Part shown: in pieces, positions 52,215 to 64,000 of the stretch
Layout: each line of letters starts with the position of its first letter
Numbering within the stretch: the stretch's first letter is position 1
NCBI GenBank assembly: GCA_030704615.1
Contig: CM060733.1
Coordinates: 63,364,001-63,428,000 of the forward strand
DNA from: Takakia lepidozioides
Lineage: Eukaryota; Plantae; Bryophyta
DNA: 64,000 nucleotides
Direction: 5' to 3'
Notes under the pieces: generated by a model
The model's database searches: none
What the model saw: the letters and a program-made list of their open reading frames with translations, nothing else
What the model was told of the DNA's origin: nothing
Made by a program: the position numbers and the translations under genes

Positions 52215-52982
52215 CGAAATGCGGCACCGCATTTCCATGTCGGACAAGGAAATGCGGTGCCGAATTTCCATGCCGACATGGAAATGTATGAACCGCATTC
52301 AGTGTCGGACAATGAAATGCGGTGCATCATTTCCGTCCAGGTACACGAAATACCAACACGGGTCTATAAATTGGACAGACAACGAGGTTGGCATTGCAAA
52401 TGCGGCGACGCATTTCCAGCTTGGCAATGGAAACTTCTTTTTGGACAAGGGAATGCGGTGCCGCATTTCCGTCCAACACTTCCAAAAGTGTGACATTTCC
52501 GACCAGCGCGATGGAATGCGTTACCGCATTTCCGTGAGAGGGTCTGCAAATGGACAAATTGCGATGTCCGTTCTGGAAATGCGGCGCCGCATTTCCATGT
52601 CCGTCATCGACTTTTTTTTTACAATGGAATGCGGTGCCAATTTTTGCTGATGGGCCTGCAGTTCGAACAACGACCATCCCCAATATGGAAATGCGGCACC
52701 GCATTTCCAATTCCGCCATCTCGACCTCCTTGTTTGACCTCCTTGTTCGACCTCTGTAAGCGTGGTGGCATCCATGCAATGAGCGGGAGAGGCCAAAACT
52801 GGCGTGTGGACAAAGGAAATTTTGGAAATGTGGCACCACATTTCCAATCGGCCGATTACTTTTTACTATGCCAACATTGAAATGGAAAATTTAGTCCCTC
52901 CCTGTTTTGGAAATGCGGTGCCGCATTTCCAAAAGAGGTTCTTAGAGTTGCCAAAATTTTGGAAATGCGGTGCCCCATTTCT
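52215..52982. repeat. Palindrome array 1: 13 copies of GGAAATGCGGNNCCGCATTTCC with mostly unrelated spacers
   Basis: Cores start at 52221, 52254, 52286, 52319, 52402, 52455, 52518, 52581, 52631, 52693, 52830, 52915 and 52967. Confidence 0.9.
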
Positions 52983-53118
52983 GATTTTGGGAGCGTCGTG
53001 GTTTGGGCGATTGTGTGGCTGGAATGCACACTGGAGAGGGGTCACGAATGTCGGGGAGAATTTCCTTTATATACTCTGGAAGAGAATTTACATTTACAGA
53101 GACTTCATTAAAATTCTA

Positions 53119-56100
53119 TTAATCTTGAAAATCATCCGAATCCTCATCCTGTTCTAGACTGTCCTGCTCCGCCTCCACCCCCTCAGTGCCTTTCTTATCT
53201 CCAGCGGATTGCTGGTTGGCCAGGCTTTCAAAAATCCCATCTTCCCCTTGCGGAGCTGTCCATCTCACCTCCGTTGGGTCGTCTTCCTCCCTGTCTGCGT
53301 CGCTCTCATCCGCTGAATCACATATGTACTTTCGTACCCGTCTACCTGTCTGAGCTGCTGCCAACTCTTTCCTTATCCTTCTGTCCTCCCTAGCCCTCTC
53401 CAAAATCTGCTCTACTTTACTGGGATTCTCACTCTTCTAATCGCTGTATTTGCAAGTTTAGCTGCATAACTAAGAAGGGAGTAGTCCCTCACCGGGCTCG
53501 TCATGAAGTCGGCCTCGCAAAGAACGGGACATTCTTCCTGGCAGGAAGTGTAGGCCCTACATGTTTCGACCCGGACCCTGCAATCCTGCACATGACAATC
53601 ATCAACGAGACTAATGAGAACCACAGTCGGGAAATTCGTTTGACAAAATGACCCAGAAGGCTTTGCAAACTTACAATGTTTGCACTCACTCGTATTCCGG
53701 GTTCTCCTCCGCATCAATGTCCACTGTGTCTTCCTCGGACTCCGACGAATCCGAGGAGACTTCCGCTCTGTCGGGAGCCTTAACATTCCGTTGCAGCCCT
53801 TCCAGATGGGATCCCACACGGATGAATCCTCCTCGTAGGCAAAGAGGTGCCGGTCGGAAAACCGCCCAGCCACATTGAGGCACCTGTTACAATGCCATCC
53901 ACACATTACCACATGGCGCTTCAGATGTTGTGAACTACATCCTAACGAGAATTTGCAGAACAGCATAGATCAAGATTCTGCATACCTGTCCCACAGATGA
54001 GGTCGAGCACTGTGCCCTCCACGTCTGTGCATGTCTCCATAATTGTCTGAATGAAGGCAGGGCTCCGAGTCCGTGAGTACCGCAGGGGTTCCGTTGAAGT
54101 GAGGCTATGAGGGAGAAGTTCCTTGGGAACGTTGTTGAACAGAACGTCGTAATCGAGGGGGTCGCAGTTCGGGTCAACCTTTCCTCCCTCCTTCCGGAAA
54201 GCAAAGGTGGAGTTCTCCTTCACAAAGCAGTATGCATCGAACTGCTTTGTCTGCATACACAGGGGGGAACGATTAGAAACCGAATGCGGCACTGCATTTG
54301 AAAACACCCAAGCAAATGAATGGACGAGTGCCAGTGTCGTAATCACCTTCTTCCCTTCCGACCGAAGGCCCAGTGTGTTGATGCACGTCCACTTCTTTTT
54401 CAGAATCGGGACGGCGCTCTTGCGGGTCCACTTCGCAATTCCTGTCTGAGTGTTTTTTCCTCTGCTCGCCAGGACAACCACACAGCCTCTGTCGTCCAAC
54501 ACCATGCGGGCAAGCCCGAATCCTTTCTTCCAAAAGTCCTCCGAGTACCTGTTCCAAGATGGCAAAGCTTGCAGTCCTTCCACAGGCTCTCCATCCGGAA
54601 TATCCAAGATGATCATATCGCAAGACCACTCGGTGGCATTTCCGCCCCTCCTACAATCCTTGTCTGCACACACACCCTCTCAAAGAACGAGACCATATTC
54701 TGAAATCATGGGGTGTCGGAAGGCTCTTCGGCAGTCGCCTTCTTCAGTGCTCTGCCCTTCAGACCCTCCATGGTCTTCATGTATGCCAACTTGGCTGCCC
54801 GTCCATCCAAAGCGCCAAGAAACTCTCATTTACACACTGGACTACTGTTTCGGGAGCCACTTTCGGCCTCTTCATTTCCACCGGCTCGAAAGGGTGCCCC
54901 CCTGGGGGGTTGAAGAGTGCCTTCTTTGCTGAGCCAGTTCTCGTGCCTCTCGTGACAACGGTGGGCACAGGGGAGGCAGCCTGCGTTTGGGGGGGTGGGC
55001 TGGTTGCAAAGTCTCCATCGGAGTCCTCTTCCTCACCCTCTTCCTGAACAGGCTGTTTCTGCTTCTTCGTTTTGGCGGGTGTCACAACAGCTGCTCCTTG
55101 CTGACGAGTCCTCTTCTTCGACCCCTTCTGTTGGGCCTGCACAGCTGCATCCACCGTCTTTTGTGCCATCTCAGCTGCCTTTCTGGATTCTTCCAGAGCA
55201 GCAGATTCCTTTGCCGACTTTGGCCCAGTAGGGACACGTCTTTCCTTTCTCTTCTCTTCTGCCAAGGAGTGCAGGTCTTTCTCAGACTCGTCAACAATAC
55301 CGCCAGACATGTCCAGGTACCACGGGCATCCAATGAGATGCGCGGGATGCCATTGTTTCTGCATCTCGGGTGTGTAGACACAGCTTGGGCCCGCCACGGT
55401 CCAAGCCATGAAGAACGGGGCTCTTGAGCCAGGGCCCCTGTCTGAAGGAGCACGTATTTCATATACCTGCAAGGCAGTCAGCATGCGTGAGCAAAAGTTG
55501 AGACCAACCTACTTGCAGAGTGCCAACGAAAACATAAAATGCGAATGCGGTGCCGCATTTCCGAGACAAACCTCGTAACCAGGCTTCGCATACAAGGGCA
55601 GCTGTGCTTCACCTGTAAACAATTCGCATTGCAGCTTTCCCCGCTCCCTCCTGATGTGTAAACTCCACGCTCCTTCTTGCTGTCTGTAGCTCTCTGGCGA
55701 AAAGGTTGTCCTTGTACGCACATCTGAAACGTGTCACGTAGTCTTCCAATGTCTGTGTTCCATCCCATTTGACGTACAAGCCGAACGAATTTGTGTGCAT
55801 TACGACTTGCTCCTTCGCATTCGACATTACCTGCGATTCCCAAATGCATTGTCACGTAGCAGTTCAGGGAATTCATTTCAGAAAAGCAAATCTGGGGAAG
55901 TACCTTGAATTACCTGGAACCACCAAGTCATACGGTTGAGCCACACATCCACTGCAGGGTCGGAAACTTCGAGTGGAAAAGACCACATTGTCCTTATGCT
56001 CTCGGATGCATTCCAGATCGACAGCCACCGTGTCTGCCATTTCCGATCCAATGTCAGGAGCTGGAAGAGAGTGGCTATTGCTAGGAAGGAACTTCAGTGC

Positions 56101-58320
56101 ATTGAAACCTCACCATTCTCTTTCGCCTCCACACATGCCGTTGAGAGGTGATGCAGTTTCTCCAATTGCATGGTCGGCTGCATGGCCCGAGAATAGTGTT
56201 TTGCAATCTCGGGGATGAAGTCCTTTCCAAGTGCCGGATCTGCAATTGCCACCAGCTTCACAAGCTTTGACTTGTATTTGGTTCTGGACTTGACACCGGC
56301 TTCCTTCAAGTGCTCAGTCAATGACTGCAACGTTTTGACCTGCCCCTCACTTTCCATGAAGAAGCGTTTGGCATGGGCCAAATCCAGCTTGATGTTTGAC
56401 TGCCAACAAAAACATGCAGAAGCGTTACATTCGATTCATGTGGAAAGATTACTGGAAATTGGGGAAGGATGAGCAGAGGGAAATCGGAGGACGACTTACT
56501 TCGTATATCACCTCCACCATTCCATCCATAGTGAGACGATACCATGTCCGGTCTGTTTTTGCAACGGTTTTCTGAATGAGCTCGGGCTCCAGCATTTCCG
56601 CAAACATCTGCGGATCAGTGAGACCAGTTTTCCTCACCCTGTACAACATATGTGCCATGTGGGTATGCACGTACGCATTCTCAGTGACCCTGCAAGGCAC
56701 ACTCTCCAGTTCAGTACACGGACGCACGGAAACAAACCAGAATGGAAACCGAAATGCGGCACCGCATTTCGAACGTGCTAGGGAGGGTATGAGTATCTTA
56801 CGAGTTGAGGTCCGCCATAGCATTCTTCAGCAGGGAGGAGTCTGCCGCCTTCACCTTCAGGATGACACACTCCACCATGTAATGCCAGCCAATGTGCTTG
56901 GCATGGTTCTGCTTGATGTACTCCCACCAGGCGAGAAGTCGGTGATTCCCGTCCCACACAAAGAACATTTTACCAGACATATGGCCGAAGTCTGGATCAC
57001 CCTTCAGCGTCGCCTCAAATTCGTCGTTGCGAGTGTGCCAGTGGGTATCCCACGTTGACAATTCATCGGCAGTGGGTCCACGAGTTTTGCCGTCCTCATT
57101 CTCAATGGAAATGTAAAATGCTGCCGATCCCAGACGGTACCCTTCTCGAAATGCGAACTTGAGCTTATCCACATCTCCGGGAAGGGCCTGCCTGACGGGA
57201 GACCATGCGACAGAGTGGGATTCGAAGAGTCCGCTGGAATACCCCGCTGCCCAGAACTCTGCCAATGCTACTGTGTGTCTCCTCCAACATTTTATCCGCT
57301 GCACTTTTGAAATCCTCCGGAGACATGTCTGTAGGTGCCGGTAGTGGCTGAGCAGCTGGAGCATCCTCAACTGGAGCTGCACTCTGGGGCCTGTCTGCGG
57401 GCAATTCTGCCATTGCAGAGGCCTCCTCCGGGCCTGCTTGCTCATCGGTGGTGAGGTCTTGCTGTGAACGTTGAGCGGTAGCACCCTCCTCCGGTACCAA
57501 ATCGAGATCAACGGTCGATCCCATTGCCTTCGCTACAGCAGAGTCGGCCCCAACATCTGCAGGCGGGAAATCCTCCAGGAACTGAGCTTCAGCTCGTGGA
57601 AGCGGTTTTGCGGGAGATTGTTTGGCCATCGCCCTGATTGCCTTCTGCTTCCTCATCCTTGCAGGTGAAGGTGTCTGCTGCAATTGAATCTGTCTTTTAA
57701 CCTGCTGCTTCATACGCGTTGGGGGGGGTGAATCGGCCTGAGCCGGTTCAGAAGCCAGTAGAGGGACGGGCTGCTTCTTCTTCGACTTTGCTGGAGAAGG
57801 GCCCGACCCCTGCTGGCGATTCTCCATGACCAAAGAACGCGAGTCGATCTCTGGGGCTTTGAACTTGCCCTTCAAAGCCGCGTCTTTGAATCGCACAGGG
57901 CTAGGCCCGGCAGGAATACCCGCGCTCGGGGATCGGGTGGGTGTACGTGCTGCAGCTAGCTCCTCGGACTCTTCCTGCGGCTCTTCGGATTCCTGCAATC
58001 CCTCCAGCACGTCCACCTTTCCTGTTAGGCATGCAAACATGTTATGCATTCAAGTCTCCTAGCATTCAGTCTAAGAATTACAGAAGCAAAATGGGGGGTT
58101 CGGTGCTCGATCAGCTGCGCGTAGCCCGATCGCATGGAGCTCTCACTGGTGGCTGGGTTGCCTGAGTGGCCTACTCCTCAGAGATGGCAATCTCCTCCTG
58201 TAGATGCATCTGCTTCCTCCCCTTCAGCATTGGCTTACGTCCGAAGTATAATTTCCGGAGCTTGCGACGAGGTCTCCTGTCTGGTGCACGAACTCCCCCC
58301 CTCTCAGGTTCGAGCATAAG
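53119..58320 (-). pseudogene. Multi-exon cargo gene: low-complexity N-terminus, ParB-like domain, helical region, beta-class amino-methyltransferase-like domain, acidic tail
   Basis: VRQAL..DVDKLK..F..GY and FVWDGNHRL (~56945); MIILDIPDG (~54600); VLDLICGTG (~54000), then across an intron AGRFSDRHLFAYEED; GT-AG introns; several stops and frameshifts. Confidence 0.7.
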
Positions 58321-58664
58321 AAGAACAGAGAGAGGGAAAAGGGGAGAAGAGTGCAGATGGAAAGGGCGCGAGAGGGGTGACTGAGGAGACACGACAAAAG
58401 TAGATGAAACGGCGGTGATGCACCACTTGGGTTCGAAAGGTTGGACGAATTGTCTCCTCATGGAGTTTGCGTCATTACGAAATTCGAATCGTTGAGGGTA
58501 CGCCTGCCGTCCGAAAAACAAACATCATTATCCAACGGTCAGGCCGCGCCGCCTCATGCCCCTTCAGTCAGATAGAGTGCCGACATGTGCAGCAATTCCT
58601 TTGCTCCACGTGTTCACATTTCAAGGCATATCCGTCCCAGCGTCTGATGAGTTGGAGTGAAAAT

Positions 58665-60190
58665 GCGAATGCGGCGCCGCATTTCCGTTAAGAACCATCA
58701 CGAAGCTACACATCCGTACTTGTTGGAAGAAAATGCGGCACCGCATTTCCGTTCCACCTTCACATACCTTAGTTGTTGAACGGAAATACGGTGCCGCATT
58801 TCCGTCCCACAGCTCCATGTATGAGATACAAAAGGGAAATGCGGCGCCGCATTTCCGTTCTGGAATGTCGAAAGTTGCGATTCGGACGGAAATGAGGCAC
58901 AACATTTCAGTTCCCGTGGTTCATGATTTTCAATGTGAACGGAAATGCGGTACCGCATTTCCGTTCCCCCTTCACATACGTTAGTTGATGAACGGAAATG
59001 CAGTGCCACATTTCCGTTCGGGAAAGTATAGAGGTCTCACCTGGACAGAAATGCGGTGCCGCATTTCCGGTCTGAAAAGTTTGAAGGTCTCACATGGATG
59101 GAAATGCGGCTCCGCATTTCCGTAGCACAGCTCCAGGCCCCATATACAAAACGGAAATGCGGCGCCGCATTTCCGTTCTAGAATGTCGGAAGGTGCGACT
59201 CGGACGGAAATGCGGTGCCGCATTTCTGTTCCCGTTGCGCACGATTTTCAGTCAGAACGGAAATGCGGTACCGCATTTCCGTTCTGTAGAGTATTAACGT
59301 CTGACGCTCGCGGAAATGTTGTGCCGCATTTTCGTTCCACAGCTCCATTTTTCACATACAAAACGGAAATGCGGCGCCGCATTTCCGTTTTGGAATGTCG
59401 GAAGGTGCGACTCCGACGGAAATGCGGTACCGCATTTCAGTTCCGATGTTTCAGGATATTTCATCAGAACGGAAATGCGGTGCCGCATTTCCGTTCTGGA
59501 ATGTTGGGAGGTGCGACTCGGATGGAAATGCGCTGCCGCATTTCAGTTCCGATGGTTCACGATTTTCAGTCAGAACGGAAATGCGGTACCGCATTTCCGT
59601 TCTGGATAGTATGAATGTCTCAAGCGTCGAATTGCGCTGTCTCAAGCGGTCGGAATCGCACTCGGCTCCATGCATCAGATACAAAATGGAAATGCGGCGC
59701 CACATTTCCGTTCTGGAATGTCGGAAAGTGCGACTCCGACAGAAATGCGGTGCCGCATTTCTGTTCCCGTTGTTCATAATTCTCAATCAGAACGGAAATG
59801 CGGTACCGCATTTCCGTTATGGAGACTATGAATGTCTTTTAAGGACGGAAATGTGTTGCAGCATTTCTATCCCTCAGCTCCATGCATCAGATACAAAATG
59901 GAAATGCGGCGCCGCATTTCCGTTCTGGAATGTCGGAAAAGTGCGACTCGGACGGAAATGCGGTGCCGCATTTCTTTCCCGTTGTTCAAAATTCTCAATC
60001 AGAACGGAAATGCGGTACCGCATTTCCGTTCCACCTTCACATACCGTGCTTGCTGGATGGAAATGCGTTACCGCATTTCCGTTCTGGAGAGTATAAAGGT
60101 TTCCCCCGGACGGAAACTCGGTGCCGCATTTCCGTCGCTCTGGTGCATGACCAAGAAGCAATACGGAAATGCGGCGCCGTATTTCCGTCC
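58665..60190. repeat. Palindrome array 2: about 28 copies at a 53-bp period with higher-order spacer repetition
   Basis: Cores at 58735, 58788, 58841, 58894, 58947 and onward in 53-bp steps; one degenerate unit near 59630. Confidence 0.92.
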
Positions 60191-60548
60191 ACCAGCAATC
60201 GAAAGAATCACTCGGGATGGGAAATCTGGAACCTCAATGGGTTGCATTGTTCCGAAACAACATTGCGGCCAGTCTTCATGAGCACAACTTGGTTGTCTGA
60301 CCGTTTTAACTAACAGTCCTGGCACTTGTCAGTGCGAACGTTCCTGTCTGCACCGAGAATACTGCTGGATCCACCCTCAGGAGAAACTGTCAGGAGATGT
60401 TATTTCGTCGCCGAATCGGCCATCATTGTCATACTTAGTGGCTATGGAATCAAACCTCCCACCTTCATGCATGTAGCTTGAAACAATACTTTCCACTTCA
60501 ATGTGCGACTTCCAATCGTCGATGGACTCCGCATGGTGCCTGTGAGCT

Positions 60549-62609
60549 TTGGTCTGTCGCTATACTGAACCTCGCACTTGCCAACTCCGTGCGGTGTTCG
60601 ATGGCTCCGAATCCTACGCTATAGTTTGCTATCCTTTGCAACTTGGGAGAGCCTGGATCCCAAACGAGGGAGGACTTTGCAGAGTGACTGAAACTTACCT
60701 TTGTTCCAAATTCAAGCTCAAACCGGGCACAGTTTATTTGGAAGAAGAAATGAAGGATGTTCCTGGACAGGTTGACGAGACCATTGTCGTGCTAGGTAAC
60801 GACGGAGGTTGCGGAATCGAATGGCACGTTCCCCCATCAGACACCATCCTGTACCGAGCTGTGGGAATGCCCATTCCCTTTCCGAATCAGTCGCTGCCCA
60901 CACCATCCACAAAGGAGTCCGGAAACCGAGAGGCGGCCACTGCCAACAGAGAGGTATGCAACGATAATCATTCCCGACCTGGACCGTCAAGACCCTCCAT
61001 AGCTTCTCGTGTGGACGTATTCGACATTTCCGACGAGGAAGATGATTGCATTGAGGTACCCATGTCCTCCACACGGTCGTTCAAATCCGGCATGGACGTC
61101 TCTGTCGGTGCTACGAATGTGCCCTCGAGCATAACTCCAACCCGGTCCATTGTGCAGCTCCTACGACAACATCACCTTGATGGTTCTCGCTCCGAGCTGG
61201 CTGCTCTCGACTATGCCAAATTCCCAGTCAGAAAGGTAACGTTTCTGCCTCCCGAAGTCGATGGCAATGTCATCTTCGAGTTTCCACCTGTTTCTTCGTC
61301 AAACAAAGCCTCCGGGATGTTAACAGACATGGATCGAAAGCATGACGGACACCCCTGGTGTGTGACAAAGACCAGTAGCACGAAAATTGCTGATGGTGTT
61401 CGTGTACGATATGTCCTCTGTGCGGGGAAGCTGAGGTGCCTCAATCCCACCTGCTTCCACTTTCTCTCCAAAGGAGGGCGGAGAAACGAGACGGATTGGA
61501 CTGGCACAACGCATCATCCATTCATTGTCTCCAGCCAAGCTCCTGCGGGTTCTTTCAAGTGTGCACATTGCAAAGAACCACCGACGTGCATGTCCATGTG
61601 CAGAGCCAAGCAATATTACGTAATCCATTTGCTCCCGACTTGACTAGAGCTTGCATACACGTTGGGGTCCACTGCCACCCCTTGGCGAGAGGCAACATGC
61701 GTGAGGCTGTGCAGGAAGCACACGACATCATAAAAGAGGAGGTGAAATTGAGCCCCGGAGCCAGACCAAAGCAGATTCAGCTGAAGGCAGCCCACAAGAT
61801 TGCTCTTGGCAAAATCATGTCTGAAGATGGTTCCGACCGAGAGCCCTTGACCGAAGACGAGATGCGTGACCTCTTGGAGTCCGTCTCGCACGTTTGTAGT
61901 CCGAATGTGCGGAATCACATCGTATCTTGCAAGCAGACATGTACTCAATCCTGGAGGTGAAACGAATGACTGGATATGACTACATCCAAGGTAGCAGGTT
62001 TCCAGGGCAAGGCAGCGAATCCGATCGTTGTTATATTTTCAAAATGTCGACGTGTGGGCCTGGGAGTGGAGTCGACTTGGTCACTCGCATGACAACTGGA
62101 AACTTGTCGAATGCTTGGGTGATGTTTGATCACATCAAGCGAATTACAAACCATCAGTGGGTGACTATGGGTGCGCATGTTTATGACTATCACTCCAAGA
62201 GGCTCATGACGATTGCAATCTGCGAGATGAAAGGGGAGGACACACAGTCCGAGATGCATCTGTGGGAGGGCATAAACGAGCAGATGGCAAGGGCGGGATT
62301 GCTAGAGCCCAATTTCAGGGGATTCATGGCAGACAACGCTCAGGCCAACTAGGCAGCGGTGCGGCGTGTGTACGGTGAGGACCCGAATGTTCCAATGGAG
62401 GGGAAAGAGAGATCCTGTGGATTCCATTGGATGCAGAGTCTATCCCACTACACTACCAAATTTGTTGCTAGGTCATTCCAGGCTGAACACCGTGTCCTTT
62501 GTACGGCGTGGAAGGATGCACCCACATTTGATGACGCGGAGGTTAAGTTTGCTATCATCGAGGCTTGGTGGAACACATCAGGTGCAGTGGAGACAACCAA
62601 TCTGGGAGC
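60549..62609 (+). pseudogene. MULE-type transposase with Cys/His-rich (WRKY/GCM1-like) N-terminal region; truncated
   Basis: CAHCKEPPTC...RACIHVGVHCHP; VMFDHIKR (first D), FMADNAQA (second D), SCGFHW (CxxH); two frameshifts and one stop. Confidence 0.75.
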
Positions 62610-63229
62610 TGTCGCGCGGCTTTTACTCACCCATCCCTTCGCTATCCGAGGCGGAAACTCCAAGATAGAAGAGTTGGAAATCTCTAAGTACTCAGCCCGC
62701 GCAGAACAATCAGTCATGACCTACAGCTAGTGTATCATGGGGGTGTTTCCTATTTGTTTCCCTTTCCGCATTCATCTTAGCTACCTTACCATTGATAATT
62801 AAGTATCAGTTTGCTTCATCGATCTATCGGTTCCCTCCACTAATCCATTCAATCCACAGCTTCACTCAGATCTCTCTACACAGTGTGATTGTATCGTATA
62901 AGTATCAGATTATGATTTATCAGGTATCAGGCCGAAGCCATTATGTCTCTAATCTGCTCTACAATATCACTCTAGCTTTGCATATGACAAGCATCTACTA
63001 ATCCTCTTTTCTCCTTCATCGTGCTCTCCGATCTCCGCTCCCGCCTGACTCCGAAGTCCTCCCGAATAATGATCCCCTCATCATTCCCCGTTCTTCCCTT
63101 TATCCTCCTATCCGCGGTTCTAACCGTTTCCCTCTCTAACCGTCGTATGTGAACTAACATGTTCCCTTCACAGGTGTTGTTCCCCACAGTCGTTCCCTGT
63201 CCTACTCTTCGTTCCCTATTATCGTGACA
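62610..63229. mobile_element. LTR-like segment truncating the transposase
   Basis: Inverted termini TGTCGCG...CGTGACA; no matching target-site duplication. Confidence 0.5.
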
Positions 63230-63490
63230 GCTGTGTCAAGCGGTGACTGGCTGTGTTTGGCTGTGTCGGGCTGTGCCGGGCTGTGACTGGCTGTGTGGGC
63301 TGTGTCTGCTGTGACGACTGTGACGGGCTGTGTGGGCTGTGTGGGCTGTGACGGCTGTGTGGGCTGTGTGGGCTGTGACGACTGTGACGGGCTGTGTGGG
63401 CTGTGACGGCTGTGTGGGCTGTGACGACTGTGACGGGCTGTGTTGGCTGTGTGGGCTGTGACTGCTGTGTCGGCTGTGTGGGCTATGTAA
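63230..63490. repeat. GCTGTG-based simple repeat
   Basis: Direct reading. Confidence 0.9.
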
Positions 63491-63844
63491 CCCCCCTCTA
63501 CAGTGCGCTGCTGTCACCCCTAAGGTTCCTGTTTGTCTCAGTCTGTGCAAAAATTAAGGGTACCCTACAGATCCCGTATAAGTGTCTAAGTCCCCTATAG
63601 TCCTCTAACATTTACCCCTTCCCCCCTCAAAAAGCCGTGTCCTCACGGTTTACTGTTTCCGAGTAGCAAACCTTTGTGAGTGAGCACCTTGTTGACGTTG
63701 AGAGTTTCGTGGTGGGCTGTGTGTACGAGCCCTGACCTCCACGTGTCTATTTTTAAAGTAATTTCCGTTTCCTCTTCCGTCATCCATTTTCCTGAAGTTA
63801 TTATGTGTCCACTTGCCAATGATTCTATGGATGGTGTAACTTTA

Positions 63845-64000
63845 GTAGGCTGTGTTGAGCTGTGACAGGCTGTGTCATACTGTGTTACGCTGTGATAGGC
63901 TGTGTTGCACTGTGGTAAGCTGTGATAGGCTGTGACACGCTGCGGTAGGTTGTGATAGGCTGTGTCACGTCGTGATGGGCTGTGATAGGCTGTGTCACGC
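63845..64000. repeat. GCTGTG-based 10-bp simple repeat
   Basis: Direct reading. Confidence 0.9.

Larger units (their letters stand above)
49797..62609 (+). mobile_element. Large Mutator-like DNA transposon, copy 2 (left terminus to truncated transposase), with cargo genes and palindrome arrays
   Basis: Interrupts the Gypsy integrase with GGGGGGCTGCTATTTCATGAGCCATGAGC...; transposase at the right end; layout shared with copy 1. Confidence 0.75.

Noticed and set aside
58665-60190. CRISPR array
   Set aside because: Spacers recur in a higher-order pattern, no cas genes or leader are visible, and the context is eukaryotic with spliceosomal introns.
58621-60325. Many overlapping ORFs with EMRCRIS / GNAAPHF / KCGAAF peptides (also 52176-53157)
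   Set aside because: These are translations of the DNA palindrome in all frames on both strands, not proteins.

Overview
Eukaryotic, transposon-dense DNA, most likely from a seed-free land plant: PLS/E/DYW-type PPR remnants, a PTI1-like kinase exon, a chromovirus, and a spliced gene resembling the cilia-associated CFAP97/KIAA1430 family. The left half (1-30.6 kb) holds PPR pseudogenes, tRNA-derived SINEs with target-site duplications, a TA-flanked MITE, LINE and chromovirus debris, and one plausible host gene (25053..19929, minus strand). The right half is a nest of two unusual mobile-element families. (1) A Ty3/Gypsy family with a complete C5-cytosine methyltransferase (DNMT3-like motif order) placed inside pol between protease and RT; three segments are present, two of which look like halves of one split copy. 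(2) A large (>12.8 kb) Mutator-like DNA transposon starting at a CATGAG-rich terminus at 49797. It carries two divergent paralogous genes of unknown function, a spliced gene joining a ParB-like domain to a beta-class (N4C/N6A-type) methyltransferase-like domain, and two arrays of the palindrome GGAAATGCGGNNCCGCATTTCC spaced at near-integral helical turns. A diverged partial second copy at 33.3-35.8 kb has the same layout and supplies the opposite terminus. All element ORFs carry stops or frameshifts. Protein assignments come from motif recognition by eye, not database searches.
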